A stretch of DNA of 64,000 nucleotides from an uncultured Acidobacteriota bacterium (GTDB lineage: Bacteria > Acidobacteriota > Thermoanaerobaculia > Multivoradales > SZUA-115): the NCBI GenBank assembly GCA_963805975.1, contig CAWDVR010000002.1, positions 896,001 to 960,000 of the forward strand, read 5' to 3'. Shown here one piece after another: positions 58,727 through 64,000 of the stretch (position 1 is its first letter; each line of letters opens with the position of its first letter). The notes under the pieces were generated by a model that was not told where the DNA came from, ran no database searches, and saw nothing but the letters and a program-made list of their open reading frames with translations. The translations under genes and the position numbers were made by a program.

Positions 58727-60082
58727 TCAGGAGCGGGCAACGAGCTCGGCCGCCACGCTGGGAGGGCCGACGGACGCGGAAGGCTCGGGGCTACAGTCGG
58801 GGAGCTCCTCCTCCACCCGGCGCAGCGGGCGGACGAGGTAGCCGGTGGCTGCCAGGGCGGTCATGGCGAGCCCGCCGAGCAGGAACATGGCGGCCATGCC
58901 GCGGCCGGGGCCGGTGCCGATCAGCCGGCCGAGGCTCGCCGCCCAGGCGCCGCCGGGAGCCAGCAACGGCTCGAACACGCGGTCGGCGAGCGGGCCGGCG
59001 AGCGCATAGCCCAGCGGCATGGCGGCTTCGCTCAGCATGCGCTGCACGGCAAAGGAGCGCCCCTGGTAGTCGGGCGGCACCTTCACCTGCCAGATCGAGT
59101 CGTTCGAGGCGTTGATCACCGGCAGGGTGAAGAAGAAGCAGAAGCCGGCCGCCGCCAGCAGCGGGATCGACGGCGCCGGGCTGTGGAGCGCGATCGCGAG
59201 GCCGGCCAGGGCGAGGAAGCCGAGCACGCCGTGGATGCGCCGCCGCGGGCCGCCCCACAGGCTCATGACGAGCCCGCCCGCCACCAGGCCGCAGCTCGCG
59301 ATCGACATCTGGAAGCCGAGCTGCGCCGGCGTGCCGAAGGCGAGGATCATCGGCGTGATGAGCACCGCGAGGATGCCGAGCGCGAAGTTGAAGCCGCCGA
59401 AGACCAGCAGCATGGAGAGCAGGCCGGCGCGCTCGCGCACGTAGCGCCAGCCGAGCGCCACCTCCTCGAGAAGGCTGGTCCCCGCCGCCTCGGCCCTGGG
59501 TGGGCGCGGGATGCGCGCCGCGGAGAGCGCCGCCACCGCCACGACGAAGCTCGCGCAATCGACCGCCAGCACCGTGGCCAGCGAGAAGGCGGAGACCAGG
59601 ACCCCGGCGAGCATCGGCCCCAGCACCTGGGCCGTGGCGCGCGCCATCTGCACCATGCCGTTGGCCCGCGGCAGGTGCTCGGCCGGCAGCAGCAGCGGCA
59701 GGCTCGCCGCGTAGGCCGGGATGTGGAAGGCGCTGGTCAGCGCCATCACCGCCGCGCTGACGTAGACGTGCCAGACCTCGAGCCGGTCGGAGGCCGCGAG
59801 CAGCGCCGCGGCGAGCGTGGTGGCCGCGGCCACCACGTCGGCCCCGATCATCGTGCGCCGGCGGTCCCAACGGTCCACCAGGGCGCCGGCGAAGAGCGAG
59901 GCCAGGACCGCCGGGATCGCGGCGCAGACGAAGATCAGGGCATAGCGGGAAGCCGAGCCCGTGACCTGGTAGACCCAGATCCCCATCGCGAAGGCCGAGA
60001 GCCCCGAGCCGATCAGCGACACGAGCTGCCCGCTCAGAAGCAGGGCGAAGTCGCGGCGGCGCAAGAGCGGGGCGAGGCTCAC
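58727..60082 (-). CDS. MFS efflux transporter of the NRPS-associated (EntS/Mef-like) type
   Basis: GTGA overlap with the NRPS stop; GQLVSLIGSGL..FA, GALVDRWDRRR..I.AD, RANG, QGRSFA, GPLADRVFEPL, GPGRG. Confidence 0.92.
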   Translation of the reverse strand: MSLAPLLRRRDFALLLSGQLVSLIGSGLSAFAMGIWVYQVTGSASRYALIFVCAAIPAVLASLFAGALVDRWDRRRTMIGADVVAAATTLAAALLAASDRLEVWHVYVSAAVMALTSAFHIPAYAASLPLLLPAEHLPRANGMVQMARATAQVLGPMLAGVLVSAFSLATVLAVDCASFVVAVAALSAARIPRPPRAEAAGTSLLEEVALGWRYVRERAGLLSMLLVFGGFNFALGILAVLITPMILAFGTPAQLGFQMSIASCGLVAGGLVMSLWGGPRRRIHGVLGFLALAGLAIALHSPAPSIPLLAAAGFCFFFTLPVINASNDSIWQVKVPPDYQGRSFAVQRMLSEAAMPLGYALAGPLADRVFEPLLAPGGAWAASLGRLIGTGPGRGMAAMFLLGGLAMTALAATGYLVRPLRRVEEELPDCSPEPSASVGPPSVAAELVARS

Positions 60083-63000
60083 CGCGCCACCTCCGCCGCC
60101 AGCTCCCCTACGAGCTCTTGGGGCTGCGGGGCGGGCAACGCGCCACGGCGCTCGAGGAAAGCGAGGTAGAGGTCGGCCAGGGCCGCGTCCGCCGGCGGGC
60201 AGAGGATGCCGGCCGCGGCCAGGAGCTCCTCGGTCGCGGTGCAGTCGAGCTCCGGCTCGGAAGTGTCCGGGTCGTCCACGTACACCGGCAGCCAGGGCGC
60301 GAGAGCGTTGGCCTCTCCCGCCGCCACCGCGGCCCGCAGCTCGGCGAGCCATTCCCGGTAGGGCAGGTCGCGCACCGCGTAGCCCCGCGCCCGCAGCCGC
60401 TCGGCGAGCCGGCCCACGGGCAGCGTACGGCGGTTGAAGAAGTGAAAGGCGCCGCCCGGCGCCCGGGTAAGAGACAGATGGACGATGCCGCGCGCCACGT
60501 AGTCGACAGGCGCCATGTCCAACGTGTCGTCCGGGTTGGGCAGCGCGCCCAGCTCGATCGCGCCGCGGAGCCAGGTCGAGAAGAAATCGCCAGGGTTGGC
60601 GGCGCCGCTGTCGCTCGCGCCGGTGATACGCGCCGGGCGGTAGACGGCGACCGGCAGGCCGCGCTCGCCGGCAGCCGCCACCAGCTTTTCCGCCACCCAC
60701 TTGCTCTGGTTGTAGCCGCCCTGGATCTCGGCGACCGGCGGCAGGGCGTCGCCCTCGCGTACGACGCGGTCGAAGTACGACGGCACGACGAAGACGCCGA
60801 GGGTGGAGACGAAGTGGACGGGCTTCAACCGATGGCGCGAGGCGAGGCGCAGGATCTCGACCGTGCCGGCGACGTTGGTGGCCCGCAAGCGCTCGTAGGG
60901 GGCCAGGAAGTTGACCGCGCCGCCGTTGTGGTAGATGGCGTCGAGCCGCCGCGCCAGCTCGTCGAAGGTTTCTGCCGACAGGCCCAGCCGCGGCGCGCCG
61001 AGGTCGCCGAGCACCGGCTCGATCCGGGCCTCCAGAGCGGGTGTCGCGAGGCCGTAGGAAGCGAGGTTGTCGAGCACGCGGCGCAGGCCCTCGGCGGGTG
61101 TCGCGGCGCGCACCAGGCAGAGGATCCTGGCCCGCGTGCGGGCGGCCAGCTCGGCGGCGAGGAAGGCGCCCAGGAAGCCGGTGGCGCCGGTCAGGAGCAC
61201 GGCGCGTGCCTCGGCGGGCGGCCGCGCGGGGTCGGCCCCGGCCGCCTGCACGTCCGCGGGCAGGGCCGCTTCCGCCTGCCAGTCGACGCCCGGCTCCACC
61301 TCGCGCCCGAGCCGCGCCGCCTCCACGCGCTCCGCCAGGGCCGCCGGCGTCGGCGCCTGGAAGACCGCGGCCAGCGGCAGCTCGACGCCGAGCTCCCGGC
61401 GCACGCGCGTCAGCAGCGGAATGGTGGCGAGCGAGGTGCCGCCGAGGGCGAAGAAGTCGTCGTCCGCGCCCACCTGGCCGGGCTCGAGCCCCAGGCTCGC
61501 CGCCCACACCCGCACCAGCGCCGCCTCGATCGGTGTGCGGGGCGCTAGGCGGGCGCGCTCGGCCGCGGCCGGAGGCGCCGGCAGGGCCTTGCGGTCCACC
61601 TTGCCGTGCGAGGTCAGGGGCAGCTCGGGCAGCAGCACGAAGCTCGAAGGCACCATGTACTCGGGCAGCTTCTGGCGCAGCAAGGCTTTGAGCTCCTCCG
61701 CCAATCCCGGTTCCTCCCCGCCCTCGACCGCGGCATAGGCCACCAGCCGCCGGTCGCCGGTGCGCTCCTCCCGCGCCATCACCGCCGCCATGCGCACCCG
61801 GGGATGGGCGCCGAGCGCCGCCTCGATCTCGCCGGGCTCGACACGGAAGCCGCGGATCTTGATCTGCTGGTCGGCCCGGCCCAGGAAATAGAGCCGGCCG
61901 TCCGGCAGGCGGCGCGCGAGGTCGCCGGTCCGGTAGAGACGCGTACCCGGCTCGCCGTAGGGATCAGGCGCGAAGAGGCCGGCCGTCAGCCCCGGCCGCC
62001 CGAGGTAGCCGCGGGCCACGCCGGCGCCGCCCAGGCAGACCTCGCCGGCCACGCCCGGCGGCACGGGCCGGCCGAGACGGTCCAGCACGTAGGCACGGAC
62101 GTCGCCGTAGGGCCGGCCGGCGGGCATCTCCGGTGTCGTCCATTCGGGCGCCGTCCATGGGGGAGCGGAACCGGCCGCGCGCTCGATCGTGGCGCAGACC
62201 GTGGCCTCGGTGGGCCCGTAGTGGTTGTAGAGCGGCGCCCGGCCGTGGGTGAGCCGCGCCCAGGCGCGCGCCCTCTCCGCCGGCACCGCCTCGCCGCCGA
62301 CCATCATCAGGCGCATGCCGGGCAGGGGGTCTTTCTCTCCCCGTGCGTCCCACTCCTCCACCCAGCGGCCCCACAGCGCGGCCGGCGCGTCGATCGCCGA
62401 CACCCGCTCCGCGGCGCAGAGCTCCGCCAGCTCGCGGGCCGAGAGCTCGCCCGGGGCCGGGTGCAGCACCAGCGTGGCGCCGGTGGCCAGGGCCGGGAAG
62501 AGGTCCCCCACCGAGGCGTCGAAGTAGAGCGGCGGCAGCATCAGCAGCCGGTGCCCGGCGAAGCCGTGGACACGCGCGAACTCGCGCACGAAGTGCTCGG
62601 CCGAGCGCTGACTGACGGCCACGCCCTTGGGCTTGCCCGTCGAGCCCGAGGTGTAGATCACGTAGGCGAGCTGCCCGGGCAGCGCGGTGGGGACCTCTCG
62701 CGAAAGGCCGTCGTTCGGGCTGACCTGTTCTTCGTCCGCGGGCGCTGCGTCATCGGTGGCGAGCAGGCGCACCGCCGAGCCGGCCACGGCCGGCGCCAGC
62801 GCGGGCAAGAGAGCACGGCGGGTGAGCACGATCCCGATCCCCGCGTCGGCGAAGAGCTCGGCCAGCCGCGCGCCGGGGCTCGCCGGATCGAAGGGCACGT
62901 AGGCGCCGCCGGCGGCGAGCACGCCGAGCACCGCGACCGGCATCTCGACCGAGCGGTCGAGGACCACGGCGACGCGCGTCTCGGCCCCCACGCCCAGGCC

Positions 63001-64000
63001 CGCGAGCTTCTTGCCCAGCCGGCGCGCGCGGGCCAGCAGCAGGCCGTAGGTCAATCGGCCGTCGGCGGCGGCCACTGCCTCGGCCTCGGGAGTGCGCTCG
63101 GCCTGCCGCGCGCAGAGGGCGAAGAGGCCACCCGAGAAAGGGGGCCCGGGCTCGCCGCTCGCCGCCCAGGTGGCGACCGCCTGCTCGTGCTCGGCGGCCG
63201 TCAACAGGGGGAGCTCACCCATCGGGAGCGACGGGTCCGCCACCGCGGCCCGGGCGAAGGTCTCGAGGTGGCCGATCCAGCGGGCGATGGTGGCGGCGTC
63301 GAAGAGGTCGGTCGCGTAGTCGACGACACCGGCCAGGTCGCGCCCGTCCTCGGCGAAGGAAAACGTGAGATCGAAGCGGGCGGCGGCCACCGGCGGCTCG
63401 ACCACCGAGACCTCGAGCCCGCCGGGACGATCGGCGCCGCCGCCGGCCGGCGCGTTCTGCAGCACCAGCATGGTCTGGAAGAGCGGGTTGTAGCTCGGGC
63501 TGCGCTCCACCCGCAGCCTCTCGACCACCGCCTCGAGCGGCGTCTCCTGGTGGGCGAAGGCCGCCAGGCAGACCTCTTTCGCACGCGCGACCAGCTCACG
63601 GAAGGGGGGCTCGCGGAACGAGGGCTCCCCCGCAAGGTCGGCGCGCAGCACCAGGGTGTTGACGAAGAGGCCGATCAGGCCTTCGAGCTCGCCGCGGTCG
63701 CGGTTCGCGACCGCGGTGCCGAGCGCCAGGTCGCGCCGGCCGGAGAGCCGGCCGAGGAACGCCGAGAGGAGCGCGACGAGCGCCATGAACAGGCTCGCCT
63801 GCTCGCCGCGCGCGACGGCGCCCAGCGAAGCGGCGAGGCCGGGGAGCACGAAGGCCTGCCGGGCGCCCGCCAGGCTCGCGACCGGCGGCCGGGCCCGGTC
63901 GGCCGGCAGGTCGAGCACCGCCGGCAGGCCGGCGAGCGCCTGCTCCCAGGCGGCGAGGGCCTGCTCCGCTCCCGGCCCGCCGGCACGCCGCCGGTGCCAC
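60079..64000 (-). CDS. NRPS, C-terminal part: condensation (partial), adenylation, PCP and terminal thioester reductase domains; 5' end outside the window
   Basis: C: LDLPADRARP, IGLFVNTLVLR, HQETP, PLFQ. A: YTSGSTGKPKG, FDAS, NHYGPTE, YRTGD, KIRGFRVE, GKVDRKAL. PCP: FFALGGTSL. R: LTGATGFLG, YNQSK, RPARI. Confidence 0.96.
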   Translation of the reverse strand, partial: WHRRRAGGPGAEQALAAWEQALAGLPAVLDLPADRARPPVASLAGARQAFVLPGLAASLGAVARGEQASLFMALVALLSAFLGRLSGRRDLALGTAVANRDRGELEGLIGLFVNTLVLRADLAGEPSFREPPFRELVARAKEVCLAAFAHQETPLEAVVERLRVERSPSYNPLFQTMLVLQNAPAGGGADRPGGLEVSVVEPPVAAARFDLTFSFAEDGRDLAGVVDYATDLFDAATIARWIGHLETFARAAVADPSLPMGELPLLTAAEHEQAVATWAASGEPGPPFSGGLFALCARQAERTPEAEAVAAADGRLTYGLLLARARRLGKKLAGLGVGAETRVAVVLDRSVEMPVAVLGVLAAGGAYVPFDPASPGARLAELFADAGIGIVLTRRALLPALAPAVAGSAVRLLATDDAAPADEEQVSPNDGLSREVPTALPGQLAYVIYTSGSTGKPKGVAVSQRSAEHFVREFARVHGFAGHRLLMLPPLYFDASVGDLFPALATGATLVLHPAPGELSARELAELCAAERVSAIDAPAALWGRWVEEWDARGEKDPLPGMRLMMVGGEAVPAERARAWARLTHGRAPLYNHYGPTEATVCATIERAAGSAPPWTAPEWTTPEMPAGRPYGDVRAYVLDRLGRPVPPGVAGEVCLGGAGVARGYLGRPGLTAGLFAPDPYGEPGTRLYRTGDLARRLPDGRLYFLGRADQQIKIRGFRVEPGEIEAALGAHPRVRMAAVMAREERTGDRRLVAYAAVEGGEEPGLAEELKALLRQKLPEYMVPSSFVLLPELPLTSHGKVDRKALPAPPAAAERARLAPRTPIEAALVRVWAASLGLEPGQVGADDDFFALGGTSLATIPLLTRVRRELGVELPLAAVFQAPTPAALAERVEAARLGREVEPGVDWQAEAALPADVQAAGADPARPPAEARAVLLTGATGFLGAFLAAELAARTRARILCLVRAATPAEGLRRVLDNLASYGLATPALEARIEPVLGDLGAPRLGLSAETFDELARRLDAIYHNGGAVNFLAPYERLRATNVAGTVEILRLASRHRLKPVHFVSTLGVFVVPSYFDRVVREGDALPPVAEIQGGYNQSKWVAEKLVAAAGERGLPVAVYRPARITGASDSGAANPGDFFSTWLRGAIELGALPNPDDTLDMAPVDYVARGIVHLSLTRAPGGAFHFFNRRTLPVGRLAERLRARGYAVRDLPYREWLAELRAAVAAGEANALAPWLPVYVDDPDTSEPELDCTATEELLAAAGILCPPADAALADLYLAFLERRGALPAPQPQELVGELAAEVAR

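Noticed and set aside
56509-64000. Pyrrolobenzodiazepine-type cluster (KMO plus R-terminated NRPS)
   Set aside because: The terminal A-domain code does not look proline-like, and no alkylproline or kynureninase genes are visible. Not fully excluded, since upstream genes are outside the window.

Overview
High-GC bacterial chromosomal DNA. An ADOP-type duplicated permease, plus many secreted peptidases, amidohydrolases, PQQ-like propellers and VPS10/BNR proteins, suggests an Acidobacteriota-like genome (inference). About 47 genes were identified; no rRNA, tRNA, CRISPR array, transposase or prophage was seen. Most of the window is ordinary envelope, hydrolase and transport content: S8 peptidase start, DUF72, RNase D, periplasmic MsrA/MsrB, APC permease, M28 and M20 peptidases, two FG-GAP proteins, an ABC-2 exporter, an S45 acylase, Fur-DUF47-Pit, vapBC, a GGDEF protein, an amidohydrolase pair, CocE and a class C acid phosphatase. 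The best candidate for an undescribed system is at the right end (56.5-64 kb, minus strand, running off the window). It is a tightly coupled NRPS operon ending in a C-A-T-reductase module whose A domain looks specific for a basic residue, followed by an MFS exporter, a DUF6875 (CPF-motif, putative heme) enzyme and a kynurenine 3-monooxygenase-like flavoenzyme with an unusual C-terminal membrane tail. The last two genes are joined by a triplicated 20-bp start/stop unit that forms a chain of overlapping mini-ORFs. Other oddities: a decayed cytochrome P460 gene, REP-type repeats that supply stop codons, a 20-bp perfect palindrome inside a signal-peptide region, a frameshifted phytase-like/nuclease fusion and a gene with many indels. 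All family assignments come from motif recognition by eye, not database searches.
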